DNA of 35,052 nucleotides from Pseudomonadota bacterium. GTDB taxonomy: Bacteria > Pseudomonadota > Gammaproteobacteria > Pseudomonadales > JBCDEX01. This document shows positions 21,552 through 31,671 of the stretch, in pieces. Where the stretch lies: assembly GCA_039178995.1 (NCBI GenBank), contig JBCDEX010000003.1:1-35052 (forward strand). Reading direction: 5' to 3'. The notes beneath the pieces are model-generated. The model did not search any database. It was given only the letters and a program-made list of their open reading frames with translations, and was not told the DNA's origin. Numbering within the stretch: position 1 is the stretch's first letter; every line of letters starts with the position of its first letter. The translations under genes and the position numbers were made by a program.

Positions 21552-22550
21552 ATGAGCGATAAGGCGCCCGTGGTCTTGATTATGGGACCGACAGCGTCTG
21601 GAAAAACTGCGCTGGCGAAAGGTCTGTATGATACGTTGCCGTGCGAGATTATCAATGTGGATTCAACGCAGTTTTATCGCGACATGGATATTGGCAGTGC
21701 CAAGCCGAATGCGGATGAACTCCGTGCTTACCCTCACCGAATGTTGAGTTTTTTAGACCCCGCAGAGCTTTACTCGGTGGGGCGTTTTGTAGACGACGTG
21801 TGCGTGGAAATTGACGCAATTCATCAGGCGGGACGCGTTCCGTTGCTGGTGGGGGGTAGCATGATGTATTTTAAAGCGCTAGTGAATGGGTTGAACGATT
21901 TGCCGCCGACCGATTTGGTGATACGACGCCGACTTGAAGCCATTGTCGCGCGTCGCGGGATTCAGTTTGTGCATCGTGGCTTGGCGAAGGTAGATGAGGT
22001 CTCGGCGAAGCGATTGCATCCCAATGATTCGCAAAGAATTTTGCGTGCGCTAGAGGTGTTTTTGATGACTGGGAGCACTCTGTCAAGTATGCATCAGCCG
22101 GTTTCGTCTCCACTAAATGACAAATATGAGTGGTTACCAATCATTTTATGCCCAGAAAATAGAGCCTTGTTGCATGAAAAAATCGCCTGCAGAGTAGACG
22201 CCATGCTGGATGGCGGTTTAGTGTCTGAAGTGGAGAAATTGTATACTCGTGGAGACTTGAATCTTGAATTCAATTCCTCTATAAGATCTATTGGATACAG
22301 ACAAGTTTGGATGTATTTTGACGGTGTGATGACGTATGAAAGTATGAGGTCGCGTGTTATTATAGCAACTCGGCAATTCGCAAAGCGTCAATATACTTGG
22401 TTAAGAAGCCTATCTTCTCAGTTCAAACGTTCACTTACGTTGGATTCCAGTTCAATACTGAGCGCTGACAATGACGCGGACAGAGAATATAGAAAACAAG
22501 AGTTAATGAAGAAGGTGTTGCACTATGTGCAGACGTCCATCGGCGAATAG
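21552..22550 (+). CDS. miaA: tRNA dimethylallyltransferase
   Basis: GPTASGKT, DIGSAKP, HPNDSQRILRALEV, IGYRQ, TRQFAKRQYTW. Confidence 0.97.
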   Translation: MSDKAPVVLIMGPTASGKTALAKGLYDTLPCEIINVDSTQFYRDMDIGSAKPNADELRAYPHRMLSFLDPAELYSVGRFVDDVCVEIDAIHQAGRVPLLVGGSMMYFKALVNGLNDLPPTDLVIRRRLEAIVARRGIQFVHRGLAKVDEVSAKRLHPNDSQRILRALEVFLMTGSTLSSMHQPVSSPLNDKYEWLPIILCPENRALLHEKIACRVDAMLDGGLVSEVEKLYTRGDLNLEFNSSIRSIGYRQVWMYFDGVMTYESMRSRVIIATRQFAKRQYTWLRSLSSQFKRSLTLDSSSILSADNDADREYRKQELMKKVLHYVQTSIGE

Positions 22551-22661
22551 CGTAAATAAGGAAGCTGGTTGGAAGTGCCTTCGTCATTGCACCTATATGA
22601 TGTGTACAATTAATGGGTTGTGCACGGTGTAATAATAAAAAGGTTACGGGAGTAATATAGC

Positions 22662-22910
22662 ATGTCTAAAGGTCAAAATTTACAAGATCCTTATTTGAAT
22701 GTTTTACGCAAGGAACGAGTGCCAGTGTCGGTTTATCTGGTGAGTGGTATAAAGCTTCAGGGTCAGGTTGAATCGTTTGATCAATTTGTTATCTTGTTGA
22801 AAAACACAGTAAGCCAAATGGTCTATAAACATGCAGTATCTACGGTTGTGCCATCGCGCCCTGTCAGAATGCCTGTCATGAATGAAGACGAAGACGGCGC
22901 TCAAACATAA
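22662..22910 (+). CDS. hfq: RNA chaperone Hfq
   Basis: [33 protein letters not shown]; short acidic tail. Confidence 0.98.
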   Translation: MSKGQNLQDPYLNVLRKERVPVSVYLVSGIKLQGQVESFDQFVILLKNTVSQMVYKHAVSTVVPSRPVRMPVMNEDEDGAQT

Positions 22911-22954
22911 GTCCGATTGTTTTGTTGTATATTGCTGTATAATGGTACGAAGTT

Positions 22955-22988
22955 AAGCTGTTTGCACTCAGTGTCAGACGGCTTTTTT
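22955..22988 (+). terminator. Probable intrinsic terminator after hfq
   Basis: AAGCTGTTTG...CAGACGGCTT stem with G-U pairs, followed by a T-run. Confidence 0.6.
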
Positions 22989-23035
22989 GTTGTTTGTCAT
23001 TCAGGATCACTTGAATGAATAATTAGAGGTTGCTC

Positions 23036-24142
23036 ATGGCGTGGAATGCTCCTGGAGACAATGACCCGAAAGACCCTTGGAAGGATGCTCGTAGTAAAAC
23101 GAGTTCATTAGAAAACAAGGTGAATGAATTTTTCTCAGGGTTGATGGATGGAAACGGACAGGGCGATGGTCCTGATGCCGATATTATTTTAAATGTCGTG
23201 GCGGTGTTGTCGGTCATTTGGTTGTTATCGGGTATGTATCTTGTAGACGAAAAAGAGCGCGGCGTTGTGTTGCGTTTTGGTAAGTATCAAGAGACCGTGA
23301 GCTCGGGTTTTAATTGGAGTCCTCGATTCATTGATAAAGTCAAAATCTTTAACGTCACTCAGGTGACCCCGCTCACCGTCAGTTCGACCATGTTGACGAC
23401 CGATGAAAACATTGTCGACATTGATTTGTCGGTTCAGTATCGCATTGCCGAGCCAGAAAATTTTTGGTTAAAAATTAAAGAGCCTGAAGCCACCTTAAAG
23501 CACGCGGTGGAGTCGTCATTACGTCACGTTGTGGGTACGTCCAATATGGATCGGGTATTGACCGACGGCAAAGAAGAGGTCGCGAACGAAATCCACTCGC
23601 GCTTGCGTAAATTGTTGACGCGATACAAAACGGGCATCGTGATTGACCGAGTGAACATTGTCAGAGCGCAGCCGCCTAAAGACGTAAAAGACGCCTTTGA
23701 AGACGTAAACAAGGCGGCCGAAGATAAGCGAAAAATCATTAACCAAGCGGAAACGTATCGCAACGGGTTGTTGCCTGAAGCGCGCGGTGAGGCCGAAGCC
23801 CGATTGTCTGCTGCGCAAGCGTACAAAGAGCGCGTGATTGCTGAAGCAGAAGGTGAGGCATCGTATTTTAAGCAGCTGCAAGCCGAGTACGCAAAAGCAC
23901 CGCGTGTGACGCGCAAACGGTTGTATGTGGATGCGATGGAAAAAGTCATGAACAACAGCACCAAAATCATATTGGATGTGAAAGGCGGCAACAACATGAT
24001 GTATTTGCCGTTGGATAAAATCATTGGGCAGCCATCGAGCGGTATACAACAAAAAGTGACGAAGCAAGCGGTAACGCTTCCGAAAGTGTCGGCTCCGACA
24101 CCTAAGTCATCGATCGGTAATCGTTCACGGGAGGCTCGATAA
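23036..24142 (+). CDS. hflK: FtsH protease modulator HflK
   Basis: MAWNAPG N-terminus, TM segment, ERGVVLRFG, MLTTDENIV, YLPLDK; GAGG RBS. Confidence 0.96.
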   Translation: MAWNAPGDNDPKDPWKDARSKTSSLENKVNEFFSGLMDGNGQGDGPDADIILNVVAVLSVIWLLSGMYLVDEKERGVVLRFGKYQETVSSGFNWSPRFIDKVKIFNVTQVTPLTVSSTMLTTDENIVDIDLSVQYRIAEPENFWLKIKEPEATLKHAVESSLRHVVGTSNMDRVLTDGKEEVANEIHSRLRKLLTRYKTGIVIDRVNIVRAQPPKDVKDAFEDVNKAAEDKRKIINQAETYRNGLLPEARGEAEARLSAAQAYKERVIAEAEGEASYFKQLQAEYAKAPRVTRKRLYVDAMEKVMNNSTKIILDVKGGNNMMYLPLDKIIGQPSSGIQQKVTKQAVTLPKVSAPTPKSSIGNRSREAR

Positions 24143-24997
24143 ATGATGAATCGAATAATGACGGTGTTGATGTTTGCCATTCCAGCTATATTGATTTTTA
24201 ACCCGTTCTTTGTGATTAAAGAAACCGAACGTGCTGTGATGTTGGAGTTCTCAAAGGTCGTGGAAGATAATATTAAGCCAGGTTTGCACATGCGCATTCC
24301 GCTGGTGAACGTGGTTAAGAAATACGATGCGCGTATTTTAACTTTGGATGCGAAACCAGAAAGTTACTTGACCCGTGAGAAAGAAGTGCTGTTCGTGGAT
24401 TCGTTTGCGAAATGGCGCATTGCCGATGTAAAAAAATTCTACACCTCAACTAGTGGTGATCTATTGCGTGCTGAAACCTTATTGATGCAGCGAATCAGCG
24501 ACGGTTTGAAGGCGCAATTTGGCCGTCGAACCAAGCACCAAGTCATTTCTGAGGAACGTGATGAATTGATGACAGAGCTGGTGATTAAGTTGGATGCGGA
24601 AGCGAAGAAAGAACTCGGCATTCATGTGATTGATGTGCGTGTGAAGCGCATTGATTTGCCAGATGAAGTTAGTGAGTCAGTGTACGGACGTATGATTACA
24701 GAGCGTGCGCGTATTGCGAAAGAAACGCGTTCTCAAGGTGAAGAGGAATCGAAGAAAATTCAAGCCTTGGCCGATAAAGAGAAGACCATTATTTTGGCGA
24801 ACGCGTTCCGTGACGCTGAAAAGATCCGTGGTGAAGGCGATGCCCAAGCGGCGAGCTTGCATGCAACCGCTTACAAAAGAGATCCTAGTTTTTATGCGTT
24901 TTACCGAAGTATGAAGGCTTATCAGAACAGTTTCAAATCAAAAGACGACGTACTGGTGTTGGACAGCAATAGCGAATTCTTTAAGTATCTGAAGTGA
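24143..24997 (+). CDS. hflC: FtsH protease modulator HflC
   Basis: PGLHMRIP, DSFAKWRI, DVRVKRIDLP, FYAFYRS, SEFFKY. Confidence 0.96.
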   Translation: MMNRIMTVLMFAIPAILIFNPFFVIKETERAVMLEFSKVVEDNIKPGLHMRIPLVNVVKKYDARILTLDAKPESYLTREKEVLFVDSFAKWRIADVKKFYTSTSGDLLRAETLLMQRISDGLKAQFGRRTKHQVISEERDELMTELVIKLDAEAKKELGIHVIDVRVKRIDLPDEVSESVYGRMITERARIAKETRSQGEEESKKIQALADKEKTIILANAFRDAEKIRGEGDAQAASLHATAYKRDPSFYAFYRSMKAYQNSFKSKDDVLVLDSNSEFFKYLK

Positions 24998-25086
24998 TCT
25001 CGCGGGTGCGTACTATCTCAACATATCATTAGAGTGCGTACGACTTTTCACGTATGATGGGCGTGAAATCATTGCGTTACCACTGT

Positions 25087-25109
25087 GACCGGATTTATCC
25101 GGTCTTTTT
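25087..25109 (+). terminator. Intrinsic terminator after hflC
   Basis: GACCGGA-TTTA-TCCGGTC followed by TTTTT. Confidence 0.75.
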
Positions 25110-25221
25110 GCGTGTGAGTGCCCCGCCACGTGTTGTGTGAGACGCGTTGTTAGTGGGATGTCAGTGAATCATCAAATTTAATCGCGTTGCTCCTTCGCAG
25201 CGTAACAGAGAGTTGTGTTAG

Positions 25222-26391
25222 ATGTCTAAGCGTTGGTTATTACCAGACGGTGTTGAAGAAATATTGCCTCGAGAAGCAGCGCAAATAGAGCGTTTGCGTC
25301 GGCAGATATTGGACTTATATCAGTCGTGGGGCTATGAGTTTGTGATCCCACCATTGCTTGAGTTCAGCGACAGTCTTTTGTCGGGGTTGAGTCAGGACAT
25401 CAAGCAGCAAACTATCCAGTTTGGAGACCGTATGAGTAGCCGTTTGCTGGCGTTGCGTGCGGACATTACTCCTCAGATTGCACGAATGGATGCACATACC
25501 TTGGCGAGTGGTGACGATCAAGAATTGAATCGATTCTGCTACGTTGGTTCGGTGGTGAAAAATCAATTGAGCCACGGTGCAACGTCTCGAGTGCCTGTGT
25601 ACGCGGGCGCGGAATTGTACGGCGACAGCAGCGTGTCGGCCGACAGCGAAGTCATTACCCTCATGTTAGAAACCTTAAGCACCTGTGGGTTGAATGATGT
25701 GCACTTGGATTTAGGTCATGTGGATGTGTATCGCCAGTTGGTCGCTGCAGCGGATTTGAACGAGTCTGAGCAAGCCACCCTGTTTGATGCGATCCAACGC
25801 AAAGCGCAGTTGGACATCGACGCGCTGTTAAATGAGTTCGACATCAGCGCAGAACTGCGAGCGTGTTTAAGCCAATTGGCCAGTTTGCACGGCGATGAAA
25901 CCATATTAGCGACGGCGAGAGAGGTGTTGAAGCATGCTCCGCCGGCTGTATTAACCGCGATTGATGAGCTGGGCGTGCTGGCGAAAAAAGTGAAAGCGCG
26001 TTGCGGTGATGCGGTGACATTTTATTTTGATTTAAGTGAATTGAGAGCGTACGGCTATCACACTGGTCTCGTGTTTTCAGCCTTGGTGCCTGGCTTGGGT
26101 CGAGCGATTGCGAAGGGCGGTCGCTACGATTGCGTCGGTGGCGGTTTTGGTCGCGCACGTCCTGCAACGGGTTTTCAAATTGAGGTCAAGTCATTGGCTC
26201 GTTTGTTGGTGAACGCTGACGAAGAACCCACACCCGTGGTGGCGTTGGAGCAGGATCAAGCCGAGTTTTGGTCGGCCGTTCGTGCGTTACGACAATCGGG
26301 CGAAGTGGTTGTGTGTACGCACGATGAAGCGTTATATAATGCCTCGGCTAGGCAATTGGTCTTATCCGGTGGTGAGTACGTCGTTGGTTAA
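25222..26391 (+). CDS. hisZ: ATP phosphoribosyltransferase regulatory subunit
   Basis: WLLPDGVEEILP, LRADITPQIAR, GAELYG, FDLSELRAYGYHTG, GGRYD; upstream of purA. Confidence 0.95.
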   Translation: MSKRWLLPDGVEEILPREAAQIERLRRQILDLYQSWGYEFVIPPLLEFSDSLLSGLSQDIKQQTIQFGDRMSSRLLALRADITPQIARMDAHTLASGDDQELNRFCYVGSVVKNQLSHGATSRVPVYAGAELYGDSSVSADSEVITLMLETLSTCGLNDVHLDLGHVDVYRQLVAAADLNESEQATLFDAIQRKAQLDIDALLNEFDISAELRACLSQLASLHGDETILATAREVLKHAPPAVLTAIDELGVLAKKVKARCGDAVTFYFDLSELRAYGYHTGLVFSALVPGLGRAIAKGGRYDCVGGGFGRARPATGFQIEVKSLARLLVNADEEPTPVVALEQDQAEFWSAVRALRQSGEVVVCTHDEALYNASARQLVLSGGEYVVG

Positions 26392-26435
26392 CGGTGTTGT
26401 CGATGATGCGCTGTGTTGGCGTATCTCGTAGTTAA

Positions 26436-27755
<1,320 letters not shown>

Positions 27756-27792
27756 TCCAGCGCGCGATATTAACTGAGACATTGAGGCGGGT

Positions 27793-29178
27793 ATGACGTA
27801 CATTTTATCCGCTGTGTCTCGTTGTCATTATTCCATTCTGTTTGTTGTTTTTCTCCCTGCTATTACATTGCGTCTATTTTGGCGATCAATAAAAGTGCCT
27901 GATTATCGTCGTCGAATCGCGGAGCGGTTTGGTGTGTTTTCTGTGCCTGCTAAATGGTTGGATTCGTCATCGAGCGATAAATCATCGACCATCGTGTTTC
28001 ATGCGGTGTCTGTGGGTGAAACCATGGCGGTGTTGCCGGTGATTAAACGGTTATTGATCGAGCAGCCAAGCGTTCGGTGTGTGGTAACGTGTTCCACACC
28101 GACCGGTTCCACTCAAATACAACAACGACTGAGTCAAGAAATTGACGCAGGTCGTGTGTTTCATGTGTATCTTCCATACGATGTGCCGATGTGTGTGAAT
28201 GCCTTTTTGGCACGCATCAAACCGCACGTATTGGTTGTTGTTGAAACGGAGTTGTGGCCTAATTTACTGTCGATGTGTCAACGAAAGGGAATTAAAACGG
28301 CGTTAATCAATGCGCGATTGTCGGATAAATCCTGTCGTGCGTATTCAAAGATATCAGGTATTGCGGGTGAGATGATGGGGAATTTGGACAAGGTGTTGCC
28401 GCAAGACGCAGTGAGTGCAGAGCGATTTCGCTCATTAGGTGTGCCATCAGACCGCAGTGAAGTGACGGGCAATGTTAAGTTTGACGTGCCAATCACGCCC
28501 AAGATGAATATGCAGGCGACTGAGTTTAGAGCGCGTTTGTTATCGAGCCGTAACGGCTCTGTGTTGATTGCGGGCAGTACGCATCCGGGAGAAGATGAGA
28601 TTGTGTTTGAGGCGTTTCGTGCGTTAATGTTGCAATGTGAAGAGGCGCAATGTGATGATGAAACGCAAGCGCCACGCTTGATCATTGTACCTCGCCATCC
28701 AGAGCGCTTCGATGATGTGTTTGAGATGGCGTTATCTCTGGGTTTCAATGCAAGCAAGTACTCACAATGGATGAATGATTCACTCAGCCATACTCTGGAT
28801 GAACGTGGCGATGTGCTGGTCGTTGATGAAATGGGGCAATTGTTGACACTTTATGGCGTGTCGGACGTTGCCTTAGTGTGCGGTTCGTTGTTGCCGTCGT
28901 TGGGCGGGCACAATTTATTGGAGCCCGCGGTGTGGGGTGTGCCGGTGTTGAGTGGAAAGGGTGTGTTTAATTTTCAGAGCATGTCGGATGACATGGTTGC
29001 GGCGGGTGCATTGAGTTTGGTGAGTAATGCCGATGAACTCTGCCGCGCATGGTGTGCTGTGTTGCAGGATGCATGTCATGCGCGTCAAGCGGGCGAGGCT
29101 GCGCGCCGCTTTGTTATGGATAATCAAGGCGCTGTTGAGCGCACAGTGACGGTTCTTAACAGTTTGATTTTCGATTAA
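27793..29178 (+). CDS. waaA: 3-deoxy-D-manno-octulosonic acid transferase
   Basis: HAVSVGE, ETELWPN, NARLS, GNVKFD, GSTHPGE, VPRHPERF, GGHNLLEP. Confidence 0.95.
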   Translation: MTYILSAVSRCHYSILFVVFLPAITLRLFWRSIKVPDYRRRIAERFGVFSVPAKWLDSSSSDKSSTIVFHAVSVGETMAVLPVIKRLLIEQPSVRCVVTCSTPTGSTQIQQRLSQEIDAGRVFHVYLPYDVPMCVNAFLARIKPHVLVVVETELWPNLLSMCQRKGIKTALINARLSDKSCRAYSKISGIAGEMMGNLDKVLPQDAVSAERFRSLGVPSDRSEVTGNVKFDVPITPKMNMQATEFRARLLSSRNGSVLIAGSTHPGEDEIVFEAFRALMLQCEEAQCDDETQAPRLIIVPRHPERFDDVFEMALSLGFNASKYSQWMNDSLSHTLDERGDVLVVDEMGQLLTLYGVSDVALVCGSLLPSLGGHNLLEPAVWGVPVLSGKGVFNFQSMSDDMVAAGALSLVSNADELCRAWCAVLQDACHARQAGEAARRFVMDNQGAVERTVTVLNSLIFD

Positions 29179-30982
29179 ACCATTGCTTATTACAGTCTCT
29201 GGCTGCGGTTACTCGAGGTGCATCCGTGCGTGGTATCATGCGTAGTCGTTGATAGTCATAAAACGTTTCGAGTTCAGGTATCTCGGTTTTTCTTGGTTTT
29301 GTTTCCATTCGTGGTTTTGTCTTCACTCTTGGTGTTTTTCTAACGCTGGGCGTCGCTCTCACACGTGATGCCGTCTTAAGTCTAGGCTTTGGTGTGGGCT
29401 TAAATTCAGGTGGCGGGTTAGGCGCTGCCTTCGATTTCGGTTTGCTGGTGAATGTGGTTTTGATCTTGTCGCTCAGCTTGCTTCTAAATTGAGAGATCGG
29501 GCTGAACATGCTTGCGCTGTGCTTTGTCTGTGGTGTGTACGACGTGCTTGCTGGAGGTATGGAGGGTGTCGGCAGTGTGTACGACTTCGTTCGCACAATG
29601 GCATTCTTTGGCGGCGTTAACCAGCGATTGATCTCGCTGAGATCATGCGCGTTGAGCGTGCCGGTGTTGGTTTTTAGTGCAATTTTTGTTCTCAATAAAT
29701 CAAGACGTAATTTATCGTAATCTCGTTTTGCTTTGTACAGATTGCTTTGCGCGTTGAGTAAGTCGGTGGTTTTTCGCAGGCCATTTTCGTAACCAAATGT
29801 AGTGGTTTTGACCAAGCTGCGAGCGGATTTCAATGCGTTCCGTTGCGCACGTATTTGCAAGATGAGCGCGTCGTATGACAAGAACAAACGCTTGCTTTCT
29901 TGGCTGACGTTGCGAGTCAATTGTGTGTGACTATGACGTTTCATGTCGACTTGTGCTTCAGCAGCGCGTTGCTGCGAGTTGGTGAGCCCAGAGTTGTAGA
30001 GTGGGATGTTGATGTTGATGCTGGCGTTGCGCTGACTTTGTTGAGAGTCCTCATCGTCGTTTGTTGTGAACGCGGGGCCATCATTGTGCGCGGTGGATAA
30101 GCTGAATTGCGTGTCAACAGTCGGATAATGCCGGTAACGCGCCGATGATGCGTTGTCTTTGAGAGAGTCTAGCTCGTGTTGTGAGGCGATGATGGACCAG
30201 TTTTTAGCCAGTGCCATGTTGGCCCATTGTTCTGCGGAATTGATTTTGAGCTTTTGCAGCGGGAAGCGCTCAGACAGTGTCCATGGGTTTTGAATCGGCT
30301 CACCTGTGAGCCCTGTCAATGTTTGCTTGCTGATGCTCAGTTGATGCTCTGAATTAATGCGCGTGGCTTTTGATAAATCACTCGCTGCTTGCGCTTCGTA
30401 CAAGTCGTTAATTGATAACTCACCGTTGTCGTAATATAGAGTGATACGCTTGCGTTCGGAGAATAAGGCGCGTTCAGCAGCGCGGTCGTTTTCCAAGTTG
30501 GCGGCGGCAACCAGCACGTCAAAGTAGGCGCTGGTGACTCGGTTTAACAGCGACTGTACGGCGCTACCGTATTCTGCTTGGGCACGTCGATGAGAGGCTT
30601 GGCTACTGCGTAAGCGATACCATTTGTCAAGGTTAAAGAGGTCTTGCGTTAAGCTGACTTGCGCGTTGGTGCGGAATGTTTTGCTTGATCCGGTACGCGG
30701 TGCGCCTGCAATTGATGTCTTGGAGCGTGCGTGAGCAAGTGACAAGCGTGCATTGACCTGTGGTTTCAGTGCGGAGGCCGCTTGAACTTTACTTTCTGAG
30801 TCGAGTGCGAGAGACGACGCTGCAACTTTGATTTGCGCGTCATAGAGTTTGGCGCGTTCGTAGCTTTCTACGAGTGAATACGCATGAACAGAGGTGGCTG
30901 AGGCCAAGTAAGCACAGGCCGTCAAACCGAGTGTGGCCGTGTGGTGCAAAAAAGCGCCTATGGTGAGTGAAGATGACTGCAT
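29156..30982 (-). CDS. tolC: TolC-family outer membrane channel with long C-terminal extension
   Basis: Signal peptide, SLVESYERA, YPTVD, INIPLYNSG, GYENGLRKTTDLLNAQ, INRWL; located between waaA and DUF1249. Confidence 0.88.
   Translation of the reverse strand: MQSSSLTIGAFLHHTATLGLTACAYLASATSVHAYSLVESYERAKLYDAQIKVAASSLALDSESKVQAASALKPQVNARLSLAHARSKTSIAGAPRTGSSKTFRTNAQVSLTQDLFNLDKWYRLRSSQASHRRAQAEYGSAVQSLLNRVTSAYFDVLVAAANLENDRAAERALFSERKRITLYYDNGELSINDLYEAQAASDLSKATRINSEHQLSISKQTLTGLTGEPIQNPWTLSERFPLQKLKINSAEQWANMALAKNWSIIASQHELDSLKDNASSARYRHYPTVDTQFSLSTAHNDGPAFTTNDDEDSQQSQRNASININIPLYNSGLTNSQQRAAEAQVDMKRHSHTQLTRNVSQESKRLFLSYDALILQIRAQRNALKSARSLVKTTTFGYENGLRKTTDLLNAQSNLYKAKRDYDKLRLDLLRTKIALKTNTGTLNAHDLSEINRWLTPPKNAIVRTKSYTLPTPSIPPASTSYTPQTKHSASMFSPISQFRSKLSDKIKTTFTSKPKSKAAPNPPPEFKPTPKPRLKTASRVRATPSVRKTPRVKTKPRMETKPRKTEIPELETFYDYQRLRMIPRTDAPRVTAARDCNKQWFNRKSNC
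29291..29344 (-). repeat. Three degenerate 18-bp tandem units in the tolC tail (VRKTPR-VKTKPR-METKPR)
   Basis: Plus strand: tcttggttttgtttccat / tcgtggttttgtcttcac / tcttggtgtttttctaac. Confidence 0.65.
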
Positions 30983-31052
30983 GATCGACGTGAACTCTGG
31001 TTTAAGTTATTTTTGATCTTATATTAACCTATTATTTGTGAATATAGTGCAC

Positions 31053-31068
31053 GAATTATATATAATTC
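31053..31068. promoter_or_regulatory. Perfect 16-bp palindrome in the tolC/DUF1249 divergent region
   Basis: GAATTATATATAATTC gives TATAAT on both strands. Confidence 0.45.
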
Positions 31069-31125
31069 TGATATAGCGTTCATCGGGTAATGGGCGTATA
31101 TCGTTGACCTAACTGAGAACATAGC

Positions 31126-31641
31126 GTGGATAAAATTAAACGCCAACACTACGAAGATTTTGGTGCTCATGCGGATGCGTGTGAAAAAAATTATTGGCGT
31201 TTGATGCGTCTGATGCCAGGCTTGCTGGATGGGTGCGATGACTCACAAACGTGGTCGTACGTATTTGGAGAGTGTGCTTTGTTTGCGCTTGAATTGTGTT
31301 TGATTCGCTCTGAAAAATACACCCATACAGTGTTGTTGGCGTGTCGCAGAAGCGAGCAGTTGTCCGATGAATCTGTGTCTAAGGCATTTTACTCGTTATA
31401 CGAGCACGACCAAATCATCGTGTTGACGGTGCGTTTGTATCAAGATGTGAAGACAGCGGAAGTGGTCGACGATGACACATTTAAGCAATTAGCAGGGCAT
31501 TATCCGTACCCCAATGTTAAGATGTACCAACCGGACGAAAAACTACAACGCAATAAGTTTATTGAGTTACTGCTGTCATCCTGTCTTAAATCAGGCATGA
31601 TGGCGGCTCCTTATGAATTGGATATCAACCCAAAAGAATAA
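31126..31641 (+). CDS. DUF1249 (YqiB-like) protein
   Basis: CEKNYWRLMRL, KYT, VRLYQD..TAEV, YPYPN..MYQPDEK.Q.N.F; upstream of parE. Confidence 0.8.
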   Translation: MDKIKRQHYEDFGAHADACEKNYWRLMRLMPGLLDGCDDSQTWSYVFGECALFALELCLIRSEKYTHTVLLACRRSEQLSDESVSKAFYSLYEHDQIIVLTVRLYQDVKTAEVVDDDTFKQLAGHYPYPNVKMYQPDEKLQRNKFIELLLSSCLKSGMMAAPYELDINPKE

Positions 31642-31671
31642 CCGTACTTTCTGGAGAGTTTCAAACGTACT

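Noticed and set aside
23524-24297. 257-aa ORF antisense to hflK/hflC (also 23519-24067)
   Set aside because: Shadow of well-conserved sense genes with no recognisable motifs.
25054-25140. 28-codon ORF upstream of hisZ as a leader peptide
   Set aside because: Only one His codon and no clear RBS, so it does not fit a his attenuator.
29291-29344. Tandem repeats as a CRISPR array or phase-variable tract
   Set aside because: Degenerate in-frame 18-bp coding units without spacers or cas genes.
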